A stretch of DNA of 63,881 bases, the filler included, from Sluysia triapertura (taxonomy: Eukaryota): assembly GCA_046118255.1 (NCBI GenBank). It is 5 parts of 5 records of this genome, joined end to end, with 100 filler letters (N's around TTAATTAATTAA, not from the genome) between each part and the next. Parts side by side here need not be neighbours in the genome. Positions count along the whole stretch, not along the records: positions 52,990 to 63,881 come from JBJNIA010191885.1; 4 more parts are not named here. One strand, given 5' to 3'. A program made the translations under genes and the position numbers. The notes under the pieces are model-generated. The model searched no databases. It was given only the letters and a program-made list of their open reading frames with translations, and was not told where the DNA came from. Below, piece by piece: positions 53,404 through 63,881 of the stretch (positions are counted from its first letter, which is position 1; every line of letters starts with the position of its first letter).

Positions 53404-53894
53404 TTAGAAATTTTTCTAGCACAAAAATCTTTTCTAGATATTTCACTCATTCCCAAAAAATGATTAATTCTCTGAAATGATTTTAATTCTGCTAATTTTT
53501 CTTGATTTACAAATGCATCTGTCCAGATAAGATAACTAAAATAGATTAAATATGCACTTTATAGTATTACCTAAATCGAGTATCTCCGCAATCTTGAATT
53601 GAAAAGCCAATATTTTCAAGAGTAGCTTTGACTTTAAATAATAATTAAAAAACAAAACAATTTACCTAAAGGAAATTTAGTATTATAAGTATTAGCTATT
53701 AATTGGCATTTTCGTTTCTTTTTCTTTTTCTTTTTTTGGTGACTGCTTGAAAAACCGTTCAACTTTTTATTTTGTGAAATATATGGTAAAATTAAATCTA
53801 AATGAAATAATTTACTTGAAAAAAGTACCATGTTCAAAACTTCCGATTCCATACTCTCCATATTTAGGTTGTAAATCTGGATAAAAATTTGCAT
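53404..53894 (-). CDS. TTLL7: 5' exons of a tubulin polyglutamylase TTLL7-like gene (exons ~53894-53666, 53631-53571, 53535-53404)
   Basis: The spliced product KKKRKCQLIANTYNTKFPL/VKATLENIGFSIQDCGDTRF/SYLIWTDAFVNQEKLAELKSFQRINHFLGMSEISRKDFCARKIS matches TTLL7 KKKGTITANVAGTKFEIVRLVIDEMGF..SNLIWCDSAVQQEKISELQNYQRINHFPGMGEICRKDFLARNM. GT-AG introns keep frame; the start codon is uncertain. Confidence 0.9.
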
Positions 53895-54879
53895 TAAACA
53901 TGATTTTAATGTTGTTAAAATATTTTCGAAATCATGTGATACAATTATATTGATAACTGCACGATAAAATAATATGTATTAATAAAATTATTTTTAGATT
54001 TACTAATAATATTAAATAATTATAAACTTGGTAATCATTGTTTTATTTTAGGTAAGTGTAAAAATAAATTTATTATTCATCTAAAAATATAAATTTATAT
54101 TAGATTACAAATTTTAAAAGAACACTATTTCTTAGGTCGCCATGAAAAAGCTACAATTTGTATAAATTTACAAAAACAAACAAAACTATACCGAAAAATA
54201 TAAATTGTTGATACTAATTAATTTTATAATATTTTACTTTAAATTACCTCAGTATTTCTACATTATTTGTAAATGTACTTATAGGTTACAATAATCTAAA
54301 ATTAAAATTATTAATTACTCTTCATGTGGTTAAATTGAAGAAAGAAAATTATTTACTAGGTACGAATGTTATTAATTTGGAAGATTTGATTTTGTTTGTT
54401 GACACCAGTTTAGAGAATTTAGTTTGTATTCATGACATGAAATTAGGGTATAAAGTTTGAATTGTATACACTTATTTAAGGTATTATTGTTTCGAATTAT
54501 ATCGTGATTTGACATGGTAAATTTGATGGCCGAATACCACGTTATAACCGAAATTTTATAATTAAAAGGTTGTATTTTGTTGAATTTTTCGATTTTATAC
54601 TCTGTCTTCAAAATTTGTCGTGAACTTATAGTAAAATATATTAATAAGTTTATATGTAATGAAATAGTTAACGACAATTCGTTTATCTATAGGATCATAA
54701 ATCTTCACTAATATTTTTAATTTAAAAACATTTACTTTAAATCTAATAGTATTTTTATTTTCAAAGATAAAGGGATAATCATAAGTCATACATGAGAAAA
54801 ACTTTATTGAATCAAAATTTAGGTTGTATATTGAATATTTTAACTTAAACCGTTCATTGCTCAAAATTTTCAAAGTTTA

Positions 54880-57744
54880 CTACCACGTCTTGCCACATGA
54901 CTTGGAGCCTTCTCTGGAGATTATTTAAATTAAATAATTTTGATGAATTTAAAATAAAAAAATAAAATTTTACTAAGAATACCTTGTTGGAGTAAATGTC
55001 TTCATCTCCTTCTCCATCTTTAACTATGACTAAATTTGTAGTTACTTTTTGTTCATTTATTGTTCCGTGTTAATTTCTCGAAGCATATTACTGGAATTTG
55101 TAATGAACATGTGTTTTTTATATTCATTATACTAAGGCTTAGACAACTTTGGACTACTATAGCGTCCTTCTGGCTAACTAAGTGCTGATAATGATTGAAT
55201 TTTTTAACCATTTGTATTATTTTACTTATGAATATAATATTATCTTTTAGAATCATATACAAAACATGTTTTGCAATATTACTCGTCTGTTTATCTATTT
55301 CTACATTTAATCGTTCAACTTTATATGCATTTTCGACATTTAATCGTTTAACTTTATATACATCCTTGACGTCTAATCGCCCAACTCTACATACATCCTT
55401 GACAATTAGTCGCTTAACTCTATCTGCATCTATAACATTTTCACATTTCACTGTTTGGGCCACATTACCCATCATACACTCACTAATTGAAAATTTAACA
55501 GTTTAGTCATGACAATGCTTTATAACTTGATTCGGAACATTAGCTATGGTTAAATTAAACAATTTACTAACAGGGATCGATTGGCGAGTCATCAGATATT
55601 CACCTATTAAAATTAATGAACAACTACCTGTTTTTAATATTAGACTCACATTTTGAAGCAGTTTCAAATTAATTGTTGTGACATTCAAATGATCACACAA
55701 ATCTTTTATTATTCTTGCATAGTTACAATTCCATCTAAATTATTTTTACATACCTTTCGGTATCTTTTAACATTTCTTGTTGAAGATGATGGAACAATTG
55801 GATCCAAAGCCCATGGTAACAAAATAGTCACGGAGTGATAACTATTCATCGAAATGGTCGGCTTAAACTTGTTTTACAAACTAGTGCATTTGATCCAAAT
55901 CCAGATGATTGTCTTTCTGAACATAATTTGCTAATAGTATTAGTCATAAATTGTTAATAATTGAACTTCCACCTTGTTTATATTGTATGTCTAATGGTAA
56001 TATCATTGTGGAATTTGATATTGGCATTTCATGATAATACGTCTTCGAACTTTGATCCCGACTGTGACTTGCATTTTGTACAAAGTAATTTCGTGTAAAT
56101 TCTGGGTGCTAGTTTAGTCGTAACGTTACTTTATTTGACAGAAAGTATTGCATCCGAGATGTACTTATATGACTGTATTGATGATAATCAGAATTTTCGT
56201 TAATAACGATGCTACTTGTACTATATGTTGATAACGTTACAATATAAGCGATAAAATAAGCGATTTCTCGAAGTCGAATCTGTTTGTAACGTTAATTTTT
56301 CATTATTTTGAATATTGAACAATCTTGGGATAGATTCATCATGAGTAAAAGAAATTAAAACATCATTTCTTCGTGAATTAAATTCAGCATAATTCGATAA
56401 TTCATTAAAATTCATTTTTGTCTTAATTTTTTGGAATTTTTTTTACTTTACTTTAGCCTTTCCATTTTTCTATTTTTTATTCGTCAAATTATTATTAGTT
56501 TTTAATTTTTTAGGTACATATTCATAATGTAGTGTTATTATTGGTCATCCAATCAGGCATTTAAAAAAAGATAGATGAATAAAGTAGGTCCTGATTGGAT
56601 GATGTGTAGTATGAGTGATATTGTACTGCTAAATCATTACTACTGATGATTGACCATCATCAGTATTGACATGCTAATGAAAAATGTGATACGTAATGTC
56701 AATACTGATGGTGGTAATAACCACTTTTAATGATTAATAATTTATTTTATAAATAATTGAGTAGTTTGATAATAATAATAATAACAATAATAATATTGTT
56801 ATAACAATAATAATATTGTTATTATTATTAACAAAGAAAACGAAGAAAAACACAGAAATCCTGTTCTAAATATCTAACACGATCTTTTCTTTAATTATTC
56901 TCTTTATTTCTAACATATTTTAGCTTTAAATAACAAGAAGATGATAAATTTGGATGTAGTAACAACAATAATGAGATGTACGATGTTCAAGTTATTGTTG
57001 TTATTGCATTGCATAGAAATGAATTGGTAAGCCTTGATAATAATTGATTTAAGTAGTGAAATAAAATAGAGAATGTTAGGATGATTTCTTAGATCTTAGA
57101 TCTTAAATCTTAGTTTTTCTTAAATTTCTACTAAATTTCTACAATATTAAAATGAATTAAAGCTGTATTTTGGGATAGGTTTCCGAGTAATATTTGTTTG
57201 AAAATGGATTGGTAAGTATAATTAACTTGTGAAGATATAATAAATGATTTGAGTCGAAAATGGAATAGAGGATATTAATATAAGTTCTTGGAATTTAATT
57301 GAGGTTTATACTTGAAAACAGGATCTATGCATTGAAATATTGTGAATAAAAAGGTTTATTAAGAAAGTTATAATTTATTGAATTTAAAAGGGTAATTACA
57401 ATATAAATCTTTGTATATTTAAGATGTTATTATGCTACGTTTTATGTGATTATTTTGTTTGGTGTTTTTAGTCTTGATGTTAAATATATTTGTGGTTTAT
57501 ATGTTGTAAGTTTATGATTGTGGTTCGATTTACGAGAATAAACTATTAAATGAATGTTATCGATTGTTAGATATTAATTGCCAAAATGTAGTGTAAGATA
57601 AAGAGTTTGGGAGTATTAGATGTATTATTTCGAATGAGTTTATTGTTAGGTTATTTGTGAGTGTCGAGTTATGTTTTTTGTGAATTAGTTAATGTTAATT
57701 GATAATGTTGAATATGATTGTGATTATGAGTGTTGGCCACCACA
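54880..57744 (-). mobile_element. Unclassified element, TGTAGTGGCCAACA family (copy B), with a degraded orphan ORF at 56415-55053; left end approximate
   Basis: Terminus TGTGGTGGCCAACACTCA, leader colinear with copy A, ORF pieces 56415-56221, 55700-55503 and 55475-55053 on the same strand. Confidence 0.7.
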
Positions 57745-58152
57745 ATTACATTTTGATGATTAACAGTTTTTAATTTTATTGTCTTCATATGTTTTAGCAT
57801 ATCTTCCTAGCTTATGGATCGTATTATTTTCAAAGATGCATCAACGTCCATTGTTACATAAATTTTGTCTAATAAGACAATTTTTTACTATTTGGATAAA
57901 TTTTATTTTAATTATTTTATCTTAAAAAATAACCAAAGAAAGTTTGATAAAGTTAAGATATTATTTAGACTGAATAAATTTTATAACAATTTTATTTCAT
58001 ACATGAATCATTTAAAATTTATTTACAATATGAATATAAATTTAAGATCCCACAATCAACTTCCTAAACTTGAATTTACTTTTTAATACAAGCTTTATAG
58101 AAAAACAATTTATTTGAATTTCTTTTAAAAATATTTAAGTCAAAACATTTAC

Positions 58153-58700
58153 ATCAGTGGTTTTAGTTTACAATATTTGCTTTTTGTGCTTTTTCAAATT
58201 ATTATCATTTCGGTAGATAAGAAATGGTTAATGAAAATTATACTCATTCTGTCCGAAAATAAGGTATACATTTCAAAAAATTCGTATATTATCGAGAATA
58301 TCGAAAACACGTGGCAATATACATTGAATGTCACATAACCTAACATAATTGGCAAGTGTTTCGTTCGTGTAAAGTAAGAACTTGAAGATCAAAGATAAGC
58401 TGTTTTAAGATAAATAAAATTGATAAACTTAAAAAGAGAAAATTCCGAATATAAACACCTGACAGAAGAACAGCGTCATATTATTATTATTATTAAAGAA
58501 AATGAAAGAGAACATGTTGCAACACGGTAACAACTAATAAGTAGAATTTGGCATAGAGCAAAAGCCCAATACGGAGAAGGAAAAATGTGTGCTGATGTTT
58601 CTTGAAGAAAATAAAAAAAAATAAATGCGGAAGAAAATGAAGATTTTTTTGAAACATATTTATGTTCCGAAGAAGTATACAATAGGGCCAAGTCTTATTT
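58153..58700 (+). mobile_element. Truncated, degenerate hAT (SPIN-like) 5' fragment
   Basis: CAGTGGTTTT terminus-like start; remnant NLA*SKSP/YGEG..KC resembles the IA..K.P(F/Y).EGEF.K.C transposase motif. Confidence 0.4.
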
Positions 58701-59511
58701 TGATTAAATTTGCATTATAATAAAATTATTTGTATTTGATTGTATTTTGTTAAAAATGTATATAATATAATTTTTATTGTGCAAAAGTTTAGTTTTATTT
58801 TATTTTTCGCAAATGTATACCATATTTCCGGACAGAGGGAGTACTGATGATCTCTAAAACTTTAATATTTACAAAAATTAAAGTTTTTTTTAATTTCACC
58901 TTTTTAATTTAATTTAATTTAATATTTGTGTTCACCTACACAAATCAATTTTCGCCTTATCAAAATCTAGTCATTATTTCCACAATTTTGAACCGCAATC
59001 GCAATTAAGTCAAAACAATCGTTTTAAAAGTTATTAATAATATTACCATACATTTTCCATTCTAATTTATATAAACCCAAAAATAAAATTTTAATAATGA
59101 AACACTGTTGCATTGTTACTATCGTTACCACAATTATAATTATCATAACTATTATTATTGCTATAAATATAATGAGTCTTGACGAGCATATGCATTGTGA
59201 TAATTCTTTCCATTTTAAAAACATTATTCGCGTGCAAGTATGTCTTAATGCTGGGTTTTTTGTGATTTTATTATTATGTTATGTTTAGAAATCGGGTTTA
59301 AGATTAATCTTAATTGTAAATTTTTTAAATATTCATTTAAAAGTTGAAATTTAATTTTTGTAAGGATTACACAATTAAACAAAAGTTTTAATTTAAGACA
59401 CAATAAGAAATAGTCATACATATTTAAATATCTATTATAAAATTTTAAAGCTAAAACGGCCGTTTGTCGTTACCTGGAAATAAATCACGATTATAATTAT
59501 TATAATCATAA

Positions 59512-60150
59512 TGAAAGATGGCAGTTACTTTGTTAATCTTAGATACGACATTGTTTTGGACATGTGTAGTTAATCATGACTCTACACTCTGGAACAGTTG
59601 TTTGATCTCGGAATCGTTCAACTTGTGCGCATATCGGCACTTTATGCAATTCATTAGACAACATCCTTGGTCATCGGCAGAACATTGGCAGAAGGTAATA
59701 ACTTTAACCGAATAATTTTCCTTTATAGTAGAATCCATTTCGCGGAGATCCTCGAAGTTGTGTTGGATTTTATAATGTTCCTCGTCAGGATATTGCGTGA
59801 AGTTGTGATGATGACATTGTTATCATGTCTTTTAACTTAAAATCGAAGTATTTATAATCATCGTTATCGTATCTTTTAACTAAAAAATGAAAGTGTTTAT
59901 AATCATCGTTATCGTATCTTTTAACTAAATGATTCTGAATGAAATCGTTACTCACTTCGCAATAGTTTACGCAATTATGATCATTTTGGAAATGGTCGAA
60001 AGAATAGCCATCATTTATATGATTTTCATTGACTATGTAACTGTTAACAGTTTCGTCATTACTTGCTTGATGTTTGAAATAATTGATATTAATTTTATCT
60101 TTAACGTACTTGAAATAGTTGTGATAGTCTTTAGAACTATAAGAACACTC
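59512..60150 (-). pseudogene. Frameshifted ORF of unknown function with 45-bp tandem repeats and a Cys cluster
   Basis: Met-less open frame (..NHLVKRYDNDDYKHFHFLVKRYDNDDYKYFDF..), then in another frame ..FCQCSADDQGCCLMNCIKCRYAH.. Confidence 0.45.
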
Positions 60151-61547
60151 TTAGAAAAGTGAAAGTTTGTTTTTGTAGATTTGAAAAAAATAAGATATAA
60201 AAATAATTGCGATGAATTTTACAAGGTTGTGGTATATTGTTAAAGAGTATAATTTTAGTTATGATGGATTAGTTTTTACAAGATTTTTAAAAAAATTTGT
60301 AATGTATATTTTAAAGATTTGTTGAATTTTGACGTATTTAAGGTGAGATTTTAGTAAAATTTGTTAAGGTTATTAGGTTATTGGAGTCATACTTAATTGA
60401 TACTCTATAATACATTTGACATAGCGGCAGTTAAAACTATTTTTGCTGGCTTTGTTGATGATTTTTCAAATATTCGAAGTCTTAGTAGAATCCCAAATTG
60501 ACTTTCAATATCAACTTAAGAAAAAGAAAACTATGTTATTATTATCATCACAATTGTTTATATTTATTATATTATTATCATTTTATTAATGTCATCAACA
60601 TTATGTAATATTTTATGCTAAATAGTAAAGACAATGTAAGTATTTTATTATGTTGTTTTATTTTTAATTTCATGCGTTTCATATAATTTATTTTGTAAAA
60701 ATTTTGTTAAAAATTATGAAAAATGCACTAATTTAAGATAATTGAAACTTCTAAAAATGTTAAATTTTAAATGTTAAGCTAAAAGTCGATTGCCATCATC
60801 CTAAATTTAGTAAATTGAATTATTTAGGTATTACTTCAAAATCTTCAGGTAAGATTGATGCTTTGTTTCTTAGTTTGGTGCTAATTGCGAGGATAGTGAT
60901 GAATTATGTAGAAATGTTCTATGTCCTCCAAATACTGTAAAATATTTTTCAAATTTAAATGTCAAAGTTTTTTGAATGAGTGCTATTCAGAAAATGATTT
61001 ATTAACTAAAACGATTGTGAAGAGTTCTCTGGAAAGAGACGTTACCACCATAATGTAATAACGTAGCTGTGACATACATGTTCTAATAATTTATATAAAT
61101 TAACTAAAGAAATTGTAGCAGGAATTGGCAATTCGAATAGTGATTTTGATGTTCTACTAGTATCCAATTACTATTTCGAAGACTATGAAAAATTAATGAT
61201 GCAAGAAGCTATGACCATCAAAATTTATAGCAAATGCCAGAAAGTCTTGTTATCCTTTTCAATATAAATTTATAAATTTATAAAATCATTCTTATCCTAG
61301 ACGTGATGTACTATGCGTTAAGTTAGCTGGAGATCAAAGTTACTGCTGTAATGAACCTAGATCTGACAGTCACAATTTGTTAATTCGTTACACTTTCGAA
61401 TGTTTGATTCCTGATTCTTACAATAAAATGTTACACGGATCCATAGAAATTGAGGCTGATTTAAAACATATTAGATTCTAGAATTCTGCGTAATAAGCAT
61501 GACCCAACCTCAAAAAGATTAATGAATAAATCCTATGAATTTATAAG

Positions 61548-62087
61548 TCACCTTACCATCCTCAAAATGACTGATTGGTAGAAAGATTTAATCGCACATT
61601 AACGAACATGCTTCAATAGTATGTCAACGAAAGGCAAAATGATTGGGATTTGTATGTATCACCGTGCTTATTCGCTTATCGTTGTTCGGTTCATCCAGCA
61701 ACTAACTTTACTCAATTTTTTCTAATGTATGGCAGACATTCTAACATGTCAGTAGATTTAGATTGGGTACCACCTACATCACAATACCTTGAAATACCAG
61801 AGTATGTAACTATCATGAGAGAAAACTTACAGAATGCCTGGAGCAGTGCAGGATTACAAATGAAATACTCACAAGTATCTTATAAGGATAGCTATGACAA
61901 AAAGACTCAATAACACAAATTTCAAGTAGGAGATAAAGTATTAGTGGATTATCCACTTGCTAAATTAGGACATTCACCGAGATTGCACAAACCGTTCAAA
62001 GGTCCTTACGAGCTTATGAAAATTGCAGCTACTAATTTATTTATCAAGGATCCGAATAAACAAAACGCAGAAACATTTGTGGTGTAA
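61548..62087 (+). mobile_element. Ty3/Gypsy integrase C-terminal half (degenerate)
   Basis: SPYHPQND*LVERFNRTL, WDLYVSPCLFAYR.SVH.AT.FT.FFLMYGR, YDKK..*HKFQVGDKVLV, LHKPFKGPY (GPY/F motif); in-frame stops. Confidence 0.95.
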
Positions 62088-62208
62088 GTCAGAGTAAAAG
62101 TTGCGAAACCGAAAAATCGTAAAAACTAATTTAAAAATAAAACCAAAACAGAAAGTCTGAGTTAAACCACACTCGGTTCAATCATTTATCAGTAAACAAG
62201 TAGTATTA

Positions 62209-62580
62209 ATGAATAGTTCGATACCTAACACAAATGGACATATAATTCACAATATTCATTTTAATGGTCGATGGACAAGAGCCGCAATTCATACAAGCGC
62301 CACTATTTCTGTTGTTCGCCGAAATTTTTTAAATTCTTGGGAATTATTAATGATGGTTTGCGATGTTAACAATCAACCTATAAATGTAATCGGTACGCTA
62401 GTATGTAGCCTAACTATTTTGCACCAATACATGTTAGTTACAGTGAACGTTTGGAACAATAGCCCGTATGAGTTAGTAGTAGGCATGGATATTTTTAGCG
62501 GATTTGACGATATAGTTATCCACAGTAAGTTGTTACTCCATGGAACACGAATGGTAGTTTGGTATCACTCAAATGTCTGA
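62209..62580 (+). CDS. Retropepsin-like aspartic protease ORF with an altered catalytic motif, downstream of integrase
   Basis: FNGRWTRAAIHTSATISVV (cf. xLDTGAxxSvi), INVIGT, and YELVVGMDIF (cf. dliLGmDfl). Confidence 0.65.
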   Translation: MNSSIPNTNGHIIHNIHFNGRWTRAAIHTSATISVVRRNFLNSWELLMMVCDVNNQPINVIGTLVCSLTILHQYMLVTVNVWNNSPYELVVGMDIFSGFDDIVIHSKLLLHGTRMVVWYHSNV

Positions 62581-62712
62581 TTCCTTAGTATAAACTTCGA
62601 ATTTGCCTACACTTCAGGAAATAAGCGCTGCAATCGAGAGTTCTAGTGATTCTGTGACATCGATGGATGAATATTCAGATTCTCAGGAATAGTTTAAGAC
62701 CATCCCAGTATT

Positions 62713-63489
62713 ATGATACTTAAAGTTACTAGAATACCAAAAGTAAAACATTCTTATTGGATAAAAATAATCTTATTGTTTTTTCTATGTGCATCTATGT
62801 TACTACCTGTTTTAGCTACTGAACCAACAGAAAAAAATGAATTTAGAAATATGAATATTGCGATTAACGATGGACGAAAACAAAAAATAGAAATTACAAA
62901 TATTTACAATCATGATTGGAAAATGAAATTCGTTTCTAAGAGAATTATTTTAAGACATAAGTTTGAAGTCTATTGTATTTACTTCAATCCATTACTTGTA
63001 GGAAAAACACATCATATTGATAATGTTCCACATTGTTTACATTACGCGTATCGCCCTATGTTAAAAGCTTTCACATTAGATAATGCTGAAAACACGCAAG
63101 TAGTACAAAACTTCATACGAAAATTGCAACACGATAATAATGAGTTATATTTGAATGTTACAAATCAAAGTAATGGAGGAACGCTAGACTTCAAAAGGGA
63201 TTATAATTCAACATTTAAAACAGCTGCATTTAGGAAAGAATCATACGAAAAACAGAATGAAAAACCAATAAACGGTTTATTTATTGTGCTAACATTATTT
63301 GCCGTAATATATGTTATTGCATGTAGCAATCTTTCGAAAACTCATAGGATTAAGCATAACTTATTACCCATAGTATTGTTAACGATAATTTCAGTTGTAC
63401 AACGTAACAGTCAATGTTACAAATCTGAGTATTTCGAATCTTATAACTCTGATACAGAAGTAAAAGTTTTGATCATAATATTATCATGA
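62713..63489 (+). CDS. Membrane glycoprotein-like (env-like) ORF of the Gypsy element; disrupted continuation to the window end
   Basis: Signal-like IILLFFLCASMLLPVLA, sequons NVT/NQS/NST, TM GLFIVLTLFAVIYVIAC, second hydrophobic LLPIVLLTIISVV; lies 3' of pol. Confidence 0.5.
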   Translation: MILKVTRIPKVKHSYWIKIILLFFLCASMLLPVLATEPTEKNEFRNMNIAINDGRKQKIEITNIYNHDWKMKFVSKRIILRHKFEVYCIYFNPLLVGKTHHIDNVPHCLHYAYRPMLKAFTLDNAENTQVVQNFIRKLQHDNNELYLNVTNQSNGGTLDFKRDYNSTFKTAAFRKESYEKQNEKPINGLFIVLTLFAVIYVIACSNLSKTHRIKHNLLPIVLLTIISVVQRNSQCYKSEYFESYNSDTEVKVLIIILS

Positions 63490-63881
63490 GTAAATGTTCA
63501 TATTCGAATGTACCATCTCATAAGGACGATGATTATCATTATACACACCACATCATTTTGACTTTAATCCACCACCAGGGATAATACCATCACCTTCTCT
63601 TATATACGAAAATGATATAGAAGGATATTATCATTTTACGTTTAACGGAATGCCATTGACCAATTTACGATCTACCTTAGTGGCTTATATCTGTTTAACA
63701 TTTATTTCGGATATGCAAGGGTTACCAAAAAATACTCATATGATAGGATTAATATCAAAGAATAACCAACCTCGAATTACTCTAGAATCAGGTCAAAAAG
63801 ATATAGTAGATTTCGCTTATAGAGAACTTGCTTAAAGAGAACAAAATCGGGTAAAGAGAACTTTTTGGTTCAAAAATGGCA

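Overview
Very AT-rich (roughly three-quarters A+T) eukaryotic genomic DNA, most likely a flatworm. The evidence is a remnant of a two-DBD nuclear receptor, a flatworm-like GCNT exon, 34-35 nt introns and (AAT)n microsatellites. The window is five contigs joined by four artificial 100-nt N/TTAATTAATTAA spacers, so adjacency across gaps is unproven. Recognisable host exons are Nup85-like, core-2/I-branching GlcNAc transferase, an ankyrin-repeat protein, the WASH1 VCA terminal exon and three TTLL7-like exons. Most of the rest is transposon-derived: many ~1 kb solo LTRs, a SPIN-like hAT transposase split by two solo LTRs, hAT and piggyBac-type MITEs, a Polinton-like polymerase remnant, and a Gypsy integrase followed by a second protease-like ORF and a glycoprotein-like ORF. 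The most unusual signals are (i) a covarying RGTTYRCC-stem-loop-GGATTT motif about 35-55 nt inside the end of otherwise dissimilar LTR families, (ii) an unclassified element family with a TGTAGTGGCCAACA terminus, a conserved inverted double-CCAAT module and an orphan ORF, and (iii) scattered orphan fragments of host genes (SERCA, 2DBD nuclear receptor). All homology calls come from recalled motifs, not database searches.
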